Made by a program: the position numbers and the translations under genes. A stretch of 64,000 nt of DNA from Scyliorhinus canicula (lineage: Eukaryota). The stretch lies in the NCBI RefSeq assembly GCF_902713615.1, contig NW_024055487.1, positions 267,500 to 331,499 on the forward strand. Direction: 5' to 3'. Under the pieces are notes generated by a model that worked only from the letters and a program-made list of their open reading frames with translations, searched no databases and was not told the DNA's origin. Every line of letters starts with the position of its first letter. The first letter of the stretch is position 1. Below are positions 37,077 through 48,725 of this stretch, in pieces.

Positions 37077-37814
37077 AATTTGAAACTACCATCAATTATA
37101 ACGAGATAGACAATGAGAGTAGGAGGAACACGGAAATCTAAATGTGATGTGTTTATCTGAAATGGGATTTTTAAAAAAATAAGCTTAGAACACTCAACTT
37201 TTTCCCAATTAAGGGGCAATTTAGCTTTGCAAATCCATCTATCTTGTAAACGTTGGAGTTGTGGGGGCGAAACCCACGCAGACACGGAGAGAATGTGAAA
37301 ACTCCACATGGACAGAGACGGGATTTGAAACCTGGTCTTCATCATTGCAGGCAGCAGTGCTAACCACTGCACCACTACGCCACCGTGCCACTCGCGCCTA
37401 AAATGGGAACTTGTCTGATTTCCCATCAATAAATATACTTTGCGCAATCCTGTTATGAATTAGTTTGACTCTGCCTGTACACCAGGTGATTTCTATTTTT
37501 TTCATGTACCCACTTGTTTATGTTCCAATCTACCGGCTCGTATATCTTTGGGCTGTGGGGGTGAGACCCACACAGATACGGGGAGAATGAGCAACTCGAC
37601 ATAATAGTAACCCGAGGTGGGATAGAACAGGCTCCTCGGGACCGTGAGGCAGCAGTTCTAAACATTACGCCACTGTGTCATTCCCTGCACTGAACATGGG
37701 TCCGAGATCTGTACAAATCTGAGTCTAATTGAAGATGTCTGACACCAGGAAAGCGGATGCACTATTAATAAAACGCTGTGTCGTTCAATCACATTTGGAG
37801 GGGGATCAAAAAAA

Positions 37815-37921
37815 TCTTTATTCTTTCTATTGTAGTTCGAAATATAACCAATAGTTTCTCATTTACATTAATTAACGGTGTCAATTAGAGCCAAGGGAAA
37901 CGCTTAAAAAACTCAGTTTAC
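37815..37921 (-). pseudogene. IGHM: Disrupted IgM secretory tailpiece and polyA signal
   Basis: Reads [13 protein letters not shown] (stop 37881-37883). The shifted frame gives ALIDTVN*CK*, the remnant of the usual shark tail. AATAAA on the minus strand at 37817-37822. Confidence 0.85.
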
Positions 37922-38251
37922 CGCTGGATTTATTAACCGTTCTGTTGATGATCTTCAAGGGGATGGCTTCATGTCCCACCACACAGGAGTAAGAAGCGCC
38001 GCTGGCCCACTCCTCCGCTGCAATGGATAACAGGCTGTACATGAAGAAGGAGCTATTGTCGTTCTCCGCCATCACCTCGGTGTTCTTGTAGTTCCCGGGA
38101 TTCACCGGCATGTCATTGACGGTCCACTTGACGAAGATCTCTCGGGGGGAGAAACCTCTCACTAAGCAGCTGAGGGAGACGAATCTCTGAGCGGAGACGT
38201 CTTCAGTCGGGGGCAGGAGGACAGAAACGGACGGTTCCCGCGGGTTGGGAT
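37922..38251 (-). CDS. IGHM: IgM CH4 exon
   Basis: [15 protein letters not shown]...[17 protein letters not shown]...[23 protein letters not shown]; 330 nt, phase 1/1, intact donor to TM1. Confidence 0.95.
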
Positions 38252-39109
38252 CTGCAGAAATGTACAATAAATGTTAATAAAATGGGGAATTCCGGAGACA
38301 ATGGAACCGCGGGTTAGATGTGGGAGAAATGTGTTTTGTGTTGGATTTTAAAGGTTTCCATTTCCCACTTTGGGATCTGTCCGGTTTCCCAGCTCGGAGC
38401 AGAGGTGGACACAATCCTTTTCCCTGAGAATTTACGGACTGGAACAGAAAGTTTCAGAAAGTGTATGGCATGGAAACAGGCCATTCGGACCCACTGTCCT
38501 GTGCTGATGTATCAGCTCCACACACCGGAACCCCGCCCGCCCCTACGCCACCCCCCCCCTCCCCCCGCCCCCCGCCATCGCCGCCACCACATTACTCCCA
38601 GAGGATTGTAAAACTGCCAATGGAACACCCTGATTGATTCCAAAAGGGAGTCAAGAGCATGTAACTGTAGGCCACTGACATTAACATCTGTCAGTGGCAA
38701 TCCCTTAGTGTCCATTATAACGATGTAATAGCACAGCATTTAGAAATACACAATATCATCAAATGGAGTCAGCACAGTTTCCTGACACAAAATTGGCAGA
38801 GTTGCTGATAGTGCCGAGGATGGTTTAGCACAGAGGGCTAAACAACGGGTTTATAATGCCCATCAATGCCACCGGAGCGTGTTCAATTTATTACCGGCCT
38901 CTCTGAACAGCCGCCGGAATGTGGCGACTAAGTGCTTTTCACAGTAACTTCAGTGAAGCCTACTGGCTATTATTATTATGAAGGGGAAATCATTCTCAAC
39001 AAATTGATTGCAATTAATTGAGGTGATAACAAGCAGCCTAGAGAAAGCGGAGCCAGTAGATATAATATACATTAATTTCGAAACAGCGTTTGATAAGTTA
39101 ATGTACTAT

Positions 39110-39780
39110 TGCCACGTTTGCAGGGGGTAGGTTTTCAGGACTGGAGGTAATCGATGAAGTATACGGATTGCCTAAGAGAAATGGGTTCAGATACCTGCAG
39201 GTAAGGTGGTGGTGGCGGTGGGGCGGGGGGGGGGGGGGGGTCGGGGGGTTCCGGTGGGAGGAGCGAGGTGTGGTCCTTCCCAGAGCTGCCACCTCCGGTG
39301 TTGCACGATAAGCTGCTGACTGAGGATAATATTGGAGAGGGGAGTGTCCAACATGTATGAAGAGCTGATAGACATAGAGGCCGTTCTGGAGGAGAAGATC
39401 AAGCGCAAATGGTAGGAGGGGTTGGTGAGGGGGTGCGGTCCGGGGCATGGAAGGTACCTTCAGGAGGGTGAGCGCATCCTCGTCGTGTGCAGGTTGAGCC
39501 TCATCCAATTTAAGGCGGTGCACAACCCCCACATGAGGGTCACGAGGATGAGCCGTTTTTTTGCTGCGGTGGACGAAGAATGAGTGGCCCACCTTGGCAT
39601 TTGCCTCCCTGATAGCCCGGGGACGGATTTTGCTCAGCTGGCGATTCTGACCGCTGCCATAGATGGGGATGTGGTTGAGCAAGCTGGCAGATTTCCTGCA
39701 TTTGGAGAAGATAAAGTTCGCCTTACGTGAAGCTGAACAGGGGTTCACCCGGTGTGGAAGGCATTTATTATTTCTTCATG
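39110..39780 (+). mobile_element. L1/Tx1-like ORF2 3' fragment
   Basis: Similar to the reverse complement of 25000-25790; degenerate. Confidence 0.55.
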
Positions 39781-41343
39781 GTGAATTAAAGTTTCAGCCG
39801 GAGGAGAGTTAGGGGTTGTTCTCGTTGTGCGGGGGTGGGGGTGGGGGCAAAAATTGAAGGGGCGGGTAGATTGGTGGGATGGGTGTTAGGGAATATGGTA
39901 GATCTGGGGTGTTTATTGTACCTGGGGGGAGTTTTTTCCATCTTTTAATTTCTTACAATTAAGGGCCAGTATAGCGTGGTCAACCCACCTACCCTGCAAC
40001 CTTGGGGTTGTGGGGGTGAAACTCACGCAGACGCAGGGAGAATGCGCAAAATCCACACGGACAGTGACCCGGGTCCAGGATCAAATCCAGATCCTCTACA
40101 CCATGAGAAAGCCGTGCTAACCACTGCGCCACCATGTCACCCTTGGAGTTATTTCTATCATAATGTTATTGTGATGTTTTCTATGATTTTTATATTTGTA
40201 TGCAAAACGCCCTTTACTGAAAATATTTTTTTAAATAAGGAAAGCAAGTGGCGAGAATGACACAGGTAATCTACACAGGGATAGTCAGATTAAGTGATTG
40301 GGGGGAAACTTACCAAAAGGAACATGATGTAGGAAAATGTGAGATTATACCTCCTTCGATAGGAGGAATAAAGGAGCTGAATGTTATTTAGATGGAGAAA
40401 GGCAGCAGAAAACTGTACCGAAGAAGGATTTGTCATCCTCCTGCAGACATCGCAAAAAGCTAGCATGATAGTTGTTGGGTAACAGGGAAGGTGCATTGAA
40501 TGTTGAGCTTTATTTTGAAGGGAATGCTATATAAAAATAGCGAAGTGTTGATAAAACTACACAGTGCACCAGCAAAATCACACCTGATGTTCTTTGAACA
40601 CTTTGGGAAGGATGACATATTGGTTTTCGAAGCAGTCCAGAGAATGTTCATGATGTTGATCCCGGGTATGGATTTTCTTATGAAGAGTGGCTGAGTAGAT
40701 TGGGCCTATACTCACTGGAGATTAAAAATATGAAGGCGACCTAATTGCGACATAAATCATTCTCAGACGGTTTGACAGGGTAAATGCCGAAAGGTTCCTA
40801 TCCCTTGTGGAAGATTCTTGGACCTGAGGATTTAATCTTAAATGAAGGCATCGCCATTTAAGGCAGACATGAGGAGGAATTTTTTTTCTCGGTTGGCAGC
40901 GTATCTGTGGAATTCTGTGGTGCGAAAGGTGTAGGAATTGCATCGTTCAGTGTGTTCAAGGCTGAGATAGGTGGATTTTGAATCAGTAAGGAAATAAAGG
41001 GATATGGGGTTAAGGCAGGAAAGTGGAATTGAGGATTGCCTGAGATCAGTCACGGTCTCGCTGAATGCCAGCCAGTCTCAATGGACCCAATGGCCTTGAT
41101 CTGCTCTTACATCTTCTAGTCGATGGCCTTGCTCCATCTAAACCCAATATCACCGCCTTCAATTCACTGTTCAGTCGTCTGCATATTATTTTCCACCTTA
41201 TCGTCTGCCACTCCAGATTGTTTAGTTAGTGGAATTATCAATCAAAGTAGATCAGAAATACACTGAATGCGAAATATTGACCGTTGCACTGACACTAGAA
41301 ATAGACACAATGGCTCACTTATTGCTTTAATCTCAACGCTCAC

Positions 41344-41652
41344 CTATTTTCTTATGGATCGAATTACTCAAAGGAGTTGGCAGGTCCTGATGTCTCGCCA
41401 CACAGTCAAACACAGCCCCACTTAGCCAAGCTTGTGTCGAGATGTTTAATTTGCTGACCACGCTCTCAGTATCTGCCCCAGGCTGGTCGGCAATCTCTGA
41501 TTTCAGCGGCTTCTTCGCTTCACTCCAGGACACGTTGACTCCATAAGGAGCATTCGAAATGACGCAGGTTATGGTTACAGTCGTCTCCAGTAAGACCTGT
41601 TCTATTGGTGGTGGCAGTATTGTTACTGAGGCAATAGTGCAAAGGGAAGGAT
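41344..41652 (-). CDS. IGHM: IgM CH3 exon
   Basis: [43 protein letters not shown]...[22 protein letters not shown]; 309 nt, cag/gtgag. Confidence 0.95.
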
Positions 41653-41799
41653 CTGTGAATGAAAACATGAAAATCAACCCACGTTTCATCTTCAGAATCA
41701 GGACAGTGGTATTCAACCTTGACTCTCTAAATGGGAATGAATCAACTTCGAAATAACAACCTCGAAAGATCGTCGATGAACAGAACTGGCTTTGTTATA

Positions 41800-42780
41800 G
41801 AAGACACAGAGTAATGGTGGAAGGGTTTTTTTTCTAAATGGATATCTGTAATTAGTGGTGTTCAGCAGAGATCAAAGATCTGGAGACAAATGTGGGTGGT
41901 CTGTTAACAAGTTTGCGGATGACACAAAATTGGCGGAATTGCCGATTGTTCCGAGGGTGGTCAGAGGGTATAAGTGGGATAGATAGATTGGAGACTTGGG
42001 CACAGAAATAGCAGACGGAGTTTAATCCGGACAAATGTGAGGTGATGCATTTTGGAAGATCATATGTGGTTATGAATTATACCGTAAATGGCAGAACGCT
42101 TGGACCATTAACATACAAAGGGACCTTGGCATGCAGGTCCACAGTTCTCTAGTGGCAACATAGGTGGCCAAGGTGATTATGAAGGCAAATGGCATGCTTC
42201 CCTTCATCAGCCAGGGCATTGAGTGCAGGAGTTTGGAAATCATGTTGCAGCTATATAAAAGTTTGGTTCGGCTGCATTTGGAGTATTGCATGCAGTTCTG
42301 GTCACGACATTATCAGAAGAACGTGGAAGCTTTGGAGAGAGTGCAAAGAAGGTTCACCAAGATGTTGCCTGCTCTTGAAGGTGTTGGCTATGAGGAGCAT
42401 TTGAAAAAAACTAGGAATGCTTTTACTGCCAAGACGGAGGCTGAGGGGACACCGGATAGAGGTCTACAAAATTATGAGAGAATTAGGCAGGTTTGCTGTC
42501 AGAGGCTTTTTTCAAGGATGGAGTGTCAATTACAAGGGGCCACAGGTTAAAGATGAGAGAGGGAAAGTTTACGGGAGATGTGCGGATAGGTTTTATCGCG
42601 CAGAGAGTGGTGGATGTCTGGTATGCACTGCCAAAGGATGTGGTGGAACCCGGCACATTAGCAACATTTAAGAACTATCTGGATGGATACATGAATAGGG
42701 AGTAAATAGAGGGATATGGACCGAGTAAGGACAGAGGGTTCTTTTTAGATAGGGCACATTGAGCGGCGCAGGCGTGGAGG
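41800..42780 (+). mobile_element. Degenerate CR1 RT 3' part
   Basis: ORF 42164..42550 [28 protein letters not shown]. Confidence 0.85.
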
Positions 42781-43559
42781 ACTTTGCTGTACTTTTCTTT
42801 GTTCTTTGTACAGTGGTAAGCAGCGTGTCTGTGAAACCTATTATAGAATAGGGGCTGGTTTAGCTCACAAGGCTCACAAGCTCACAAGGCTAAATCGCTG
42901 GCTTTTAAAGCAGACCAAGCAGGTCAGCAGCACGGTTCGATTCCCGTACCAGCCTCTCCGGACAGGCGCCGGAATGTGGCGACTAGGGGCTTTTCACAGT
43001 AACTTCATTGAAGCCTACTCGTGACAATAAGCGATTTTCATTTTCATTTCAGAATCACTACCGTGAAGAAGTGCACCAATCGGTCCATCGAGTCTGCACC
43101 GACCCTCGAAAGAGCACCCTACCAACAACCACTCCCCCGCCCTTCCCCATAACCCTATGGCCCCATGGAACCGTTAGACTCTAAGGGACAATTGTGCACG
43201 GCCAATCTACCTAACCTGCCCATCTTTGGACTGTGGGAGGAAACGGAGCACCCGGAGGAAACCCAAGCAGACTCGGGGAGAATGTAGAAACTCCTTACAG
43301 GCAGTCAGCCAAAACCAAAATCGAAACCAGGGTCGTGGCGCTAAGATGTAGCAGTGCTAATCGCTATTCTCATTGTCAAAGTCGTTCAGCCCTGGAATCC
43401 TTCTAACAACTGCATTGCAGTATTCCCAATGCAGAATACACTGTTCCTGATCTCTGGAATGGAGTAATGAAGGCTGATTTATAAATAGGTTGGATGAACT
43501 TTCCAACACTTTCCCCCGGAGCTGTCAGCAGTAAAGCGTTCCAGACACCCGCTGCCTCT

Positions 43560-44450
43560 CAAATCCAAGATTCTTGGTAGTGAGGATGAGCAGAGAGATC
43601 TCTGTGTCCATGTACATAGATCCCTGAAAGTTGCCACCCAGGTTGAGAGGGTTGTTAAGAAGGCGTACCGTGTGTTAGCTTTTATTGGTAGAGGGATTGA
43701 GCTTCTGAGCCATGAGGTCACGTTGCAGTTGCAGGGGCTGTTTAGCTCACTGGGCTAATCGCTGGCTTTGAAAGCAGACCAAAGCAAGCCACAAACATGG
43801 TTCGTATTCCCATAACAGCCTCCCTGAACAGGCGCCGGAATGTGGCAACTAGGGGCTTTTCACAGTAACTTCATTTGAAGCCTACTCGTGACAGTAAGCA
43901 ATTTTCATTTTTTTCATTTCCGTTGTACATAACTCTGGTGCGGCCGCATTTGGAGTATTGCGTGCAGTTCTGGTCACCGCATTATAGTAAGGATGTGGGA
44001 TCATTGGAAAGGGTGCAGAGGAGATTTACCAGGATGTTGCCTGGTATGGAGGGAAGATCTTTTGAGGGAAAATGAGGGACTTGAGGCTGTTTTCGTTAGA
44101 GAGAAGAAGGTTAAGAGGTGACTTAATTGAGGCATACAAGATGATCAGAGGATTAGATAGGGTGGACAGTGAGAGCATTTTTCCTCGGATGGAGATGTCT
44201 AGCACGAGGGGACATAGCTTTAAATTGAGGGGAGATAGATATAGGACAGATGTCAGAGGTAGGTTCTTTACTCAGAGAGTGGTAAGTGCGTGGAATGCCC
44301 TGCCTGCAACAGTAGTGGACTCGCCAACATTAATGGCATTTAAATGGTCATTGGACAAACATATGGATGTTAAGGCAATAGCGTAGATGAGCTTTAGAGT
44401 GGTTTCACAGGTCGGTGCAACATCGAGGTCGCTGTAATGTTCTATGTTCT
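43560..44450 (+). mobile_element. CR1 3' end interrupted by a SINE (about 43735-43920)
   Basis: RT frame resumes after the insert; gttg appears on both sides of it. Confidence 0.85.
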
Positions 44451-44716
44451 AATCCGCTGTCTCAGGATAAAGCTGATATCAAGTCCACCTCACTCACTAA
44501 AGGTCTTCAAAGTAAAGGGAAGTATTCTTTGCTGTTCTGATAAAATCTTGAATGGTGAGCAAGTCCAATGCAGCTCTTACATTAGAATGAATCACAAAGT
44601 ACATGGCAGTAAATTAGAAATTGATCTGTGCTTTGCATTAACTTCAATACATTTCTGGTGTTGATTAACATCAGAGTGCAGGATGATCTATAGTTTCCCC
44701 TGTCTGTGTCTCTTAC

Positions 44717-45028
44717 CCGACGAGGCGAGGTTGAGACTTTGGGTGACCTCTTGATGAGTGACCTGGCAGGTATAGACCGCTTTGCTGAACCATTCCCCAG
44801 CGGAGACTGTCAGCCGACTGCTCGCCGAGAAGTTCCCGTTCACTTCACAGGCGGGAGAGGTGACAATTCCTGAACCCACGGATTGTCCATTCTTCAGCCA
44901 CTTCACCGTGATTGAATTTGGCTGGAAATCGATGATTGAACAGATGATGGTTGCAAATTTCTGTCTTGTGATTTCTTCATTGGGACTCACGGTGAGGAGA
45001 ACATGTGGATGGATGTCATTTCTAGGAA
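44717..45028 (-). CDS. IGHM: IgM CH2 exon
   Basis: [15 protein letters not shown]...[23 protein letters not shown]...YTCQVTH...LASS; 312 nt; acceptor is a weaker ...ccttgaag. Confidence 0.9.
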
Positions 45029-45227
45029 CTTCAAGGACCATAAGTTAGACATTATTGCAGAAGATGTTGTAACAAATAAACTGACTTATTATTTTTTCAC
45101 AGTTACTCTGCGCTCAATATTATTTTCTGGAATCCGAACTGTGTAATGTTCCATAAATGTGTCATAACCAAAGTTATAAATAAATTAATCACAGCGTTTC
45201 TGTTTTCACATGTTCGACAACACTTAC

Positions 45228-45524
45228 GCATTTCAATGCTCTTGTCTGAGCCGCTGTGTCGAACCTCACAGCTGATGTTGCTGCATCCCCCCTCTGACTC
45301 GGTGATGGTTAACTGGCTGCTCAGGGTGTAGGTTCCCTTCTTGTTTCTCACTGACGGATATTTCTTAACTCCAGTGGTGATCGGCTGCCCATCTTTCTTC
45401 CAGGAAAGGCTGGTGATTTCTGGGGAGTAGTCCATCGCCAAACAGCCGTAGGTCACGGAGCCGTCGGTGTTGTGTTGTTGACAGGAGGAGACCAGGCTGT
45501 AGAGAGTGGGCGGAGTCGGTGTCG
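45228..45524 (-). CDS. IGHM: IgM CH1 exon
   Basis: [17 protein letters not shown]...[10 protein letters not shown]...LSWKKDG...[16 protein letters not shown]; 297 nt, cag/gtaag. Confidence 0.95.
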
Positions 45525-46014
45525 CTGGGAGAGAATGGCCCATTCAACAAGTTAGACTCTATATTTGAGTTTAAGTAACCAAACATTTCAAAATGTGCCT
45601 CAAGCTATGCGTTTATGCTAACATTTCCCCATTAAAAGTTACATCGACATTTAAGCTTCTATTAGTCTCTCATTTGAGATTCATACCTCTTTGCCTCCTC
45701 ACTCGGAGCTCACATCTTACTCCTGCTCTCCCACAGGATAAAAAATGGCATTTTGGTGCCATATGAATGGGGTAACGTTTATTAAAATGAAAGAGAAGCA
45801 GGAGGTTTCCCCACTATTTCAACAATGCAAATGGTGCCGTAGTCACGGAGACTGCGCTCTCCTTTTGAGAGCTGACTAGTGGTGCTTTAACCTGAGGGTC
45901 ACTATACCTGAGGTGAGTGGCAAGGTTGAGAATGGGGCCCTTTATGAATAAGGTCAGCTGGTACAATAATCGAACCCGCGCTGTTGGGATCGTTCCTCAT
46001 CACGAATCAGCCGT

Positions 46015-46335
46015 CCAGCTAACTGAGCTGTGTACGTCACAATCCAGCTAACTGGGTTGTGTGTACGTCACAATCCAGCTGACTGGGTTGTGTGTACGTC
46101 ACAATCTAACTAACTGAGCTGTGTACATCACAATCCAGCTAACTGAGCTGTGTACGTCACAATCTAACTAACTGAGCTGTGGACGTCACAGTCCAGCTAA
46201 CCGAGCTGTGTACATCACAATCCAGCTAACCGAGCTGTGTACGTCACAATCCAGCAAACAGATGTGTACGTCACAATCCACCTAACTGAGATGTGTACGT
46301 CACAATCCAGCTAACTGAGATGTGTACTTCACAAT
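46015..46335. repeat. Eleven-copy 27-31 bp tandem repeat, AGCT-rich
   Basis: Unit ccagctaactgagctgtgtacgtcacaat. Confidence 0.95.
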
Positions 46336-46339
46336 CAGC

Positions 46340-47120
46340 AGCACTTGTGATAAAGAACGGTGTGAGGGAGTGAGATAGCGTCCGTCTGTAAGTCAGTATG
46401 CGTCTCTGGGAGAGAGAGTAGGCGTGGATCTGAGTCTGTCTGTATGTGTTTGCGTGGTCGGGAGAGTATGCATGTGAGAGAGTGTTTAATGGAACGTGTG
46501 TGTGGTAGGGAGTGTGTGAGCGAGATACTGTTTATGTGAGGGATGTTGTGTGAGAGAGACCCTTTGTGTGAGAGTGTGTCTGAGTAAGTGTGTGAGAGAG
46601 ACCGAATGTGTGTGTGATAGAGTGTGGGAGAGAGCGGGCGGATGAAAGACAGAGATAAATTGTGTGCGTTTGTCCCTGAGAGTGTGCATGTGGGAGAGAG
46701 AGCACGTGAGAGGATGTATTTTATATGAAGAGGGCATGTGCCTAGCAGAGAGTCTGTGAGAGACGGGTAGTGTGTGTGAGAGGGAGAGTGAGAGAGAAAA
46801 TGTGTCGGTAAAAAGGTGAATTTGTGAGAGTGTGTCTGTTTGTAAGAGAGTGTGAGTATGTGCGTCTGTGCTTTCTCCGTCACCATGTGAGTGTATGGGA
46901 GAACGTGATTACATGTTTGTGTTTTGAGAGAGAGTGCGTGTGAGAGACAGAAGCACAGGTGTAATTCATAGTCTGTGCGGGGGTGCGTGAGGGAGGGAAT
47001 GTCTAAGAGTGAGAATGTAACTGTGATAGGATGAGTGAGTGTGTGTAAGGGAGAATATGTCAGAGTATGAGTGTGTGTGTGTGTTTGCGGGTGAGAGAGT
47101 GTAATGTGTGTGTGTGTGTC
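46340..47120. repeat. (GT/GA)n-rich low-complexity tract
   Basis: Direct reading. Confidence 0.85.
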
Positions 47121-48399
47121 AGGATGGCTCACTCCCAGTTTCCATAGTCTCATTCACCCGCACACTCCACACATACTCGCATCCACTCTCACGGTGAGCA
47201 TAATCCGGCTTGCAGAACATGAGTTGGAGAATCATTTCGGTCTTTGGCAGCTGCGGCACGGTCGTATGGTTGCTTCACAGCTCCAGGGTCCGAGGTTCCC
47301 TGGCTTGGCTCACTGCGCGGAGTCTGCACGTTCTCTCCGTGTCTGCGTGGGTTTCCTCCGGGTGCTCCGGTTTCCTCCCACAGTCCAAAGACATGCTATG
47401 ACGTGAATTGGACATTCTGAATTTTCTCTCAGTGTACCCGAACAGGCGCCGTATTTTGGCAACCAGGGGGTTTTCACGGTAACTTCATTGCAGTTTTAAT
47501 GTAAGCCTGCTTGTGACAATAATAAAGATTATCGTTATCAAAATGTCGTCCACTGACTTATTGTTAAATAAGAAAGATTGTTAAAATGCGCGTAATTTCA
47601 CCCAGCAATGGAACAATTTATTTCCCGATATCTGATTGGATAACTCCAGCTCGTTAGTTCGATGTTCCGCCTACTTGACCTCTGCGGGGAAAGGCTCTCA
47701 TGTCAGGTACAGGCCACGTTAAGATATAGAGTAAAATTTCCACCCCATCCCACAAAAGTTCCTGTCTCTTACTGCAAGAATGGAGACACGACATTGGTTT
47801 GATACAAAATGCAACATGGACTCCCTCCAGCGCAGAAGGAGGCATTCGGCCCATTGAGCCTGCACCGACCCTCTGAGAGATCACACTACCTAGACACAAT
47901 TTCTCACCCTATCCCCGTAGCTCCACCTTGGAACAATTTAGCATGTCCAATCCAAATAGCATGCATATCTTTAGATTGTAAGAGGAAAGTGCAGCACCCG
48001 GAAGAAGCCCACACAAACACTGGAAGAATGTGCAATCTCCACCCGAGGTCTGAATCGAACACGGGTCTCTAACACTGAGGCGGCAGTACTAACCCCTGTG
48101 CCACCGCACCTCCGATCTTTAACATTATCACCTAAAGGAACGTCACCACCTACACGTCAGGTCTGTGATTGAAGATTTGGAACTTGCTGCACTGAGTGAA
48201 ATTCTAAAAAAACTCAAGAAATTCAACACGGTCGAGGACAAAGCGTCCCGCCAAATTAGCCCCCATTCACCGTCTTAAAAAATCACTCCCCCATCACCGA
48301 CAAGCAGTGGCAACTGTGTCTATGATGTACAAGATGAACTGCAGCAACTTTCCAAGACTCCATCGAAAGCACCTTCCAAATTGCAATGTCAACCACCTA

Positions 48400-48725
48400 C
48401 CGCCGAGGCAGCACGATAGAACAAGTGGATAGCATTCTGGCTTCACAGCGCCAGGGTCACAACTGGATTGCATTCTGGGTCACTGTCTGTGTGGAGTCTG
48501 CACGTTCTCTCCGTGGCTGCGTGGGTTTCGTCCGGATGCTCCTGTTTCCTCCCACAGTCCAAAGATGTGCAGGTTAGGTGGATTGGCCATGATAAATGCC
48601 CTTAGTGACGAGAAAGTTCAGGAAGGGTTATTGGGTTCCGGGGATAGGGTGGAACTGAGAGCTAAAGTGGGTCGGTGCAGACTCGATGGGCCGAATGGCC
48701 TCCTTCTGCACTGTATGTTCTATGT
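48400..48725 (+). mobile_element. HE1-like SINE; other copies or variants at about 22830-23155, 43060-43360, 47820-48110, 49200-49410, 49750-49930, 52900-53095, 54305-54500, 54690-55035, 56465-56650, 56940-57230
   Basis: Recurring head, body and tail motifs on either strand. Confidence 0.8.

Noticed and set aside
30231-45524. Identity as IgM1gj, IgW or IgNAR
   Set aside because: Four CH exons including CH2, an IgM-type CH4, tail remnant and TM; IgM1gj lacks CH2 and the other isotypes have different domain sets
46335-47153. 272-aa His/Thr/Leu-rich ORF, or a G-rich switch region
   Set aside because: Low-complexity dinucleotide tract; the G-rich strand is the template strand of the IgM gene, the opposite of R-loop-forming switch regions
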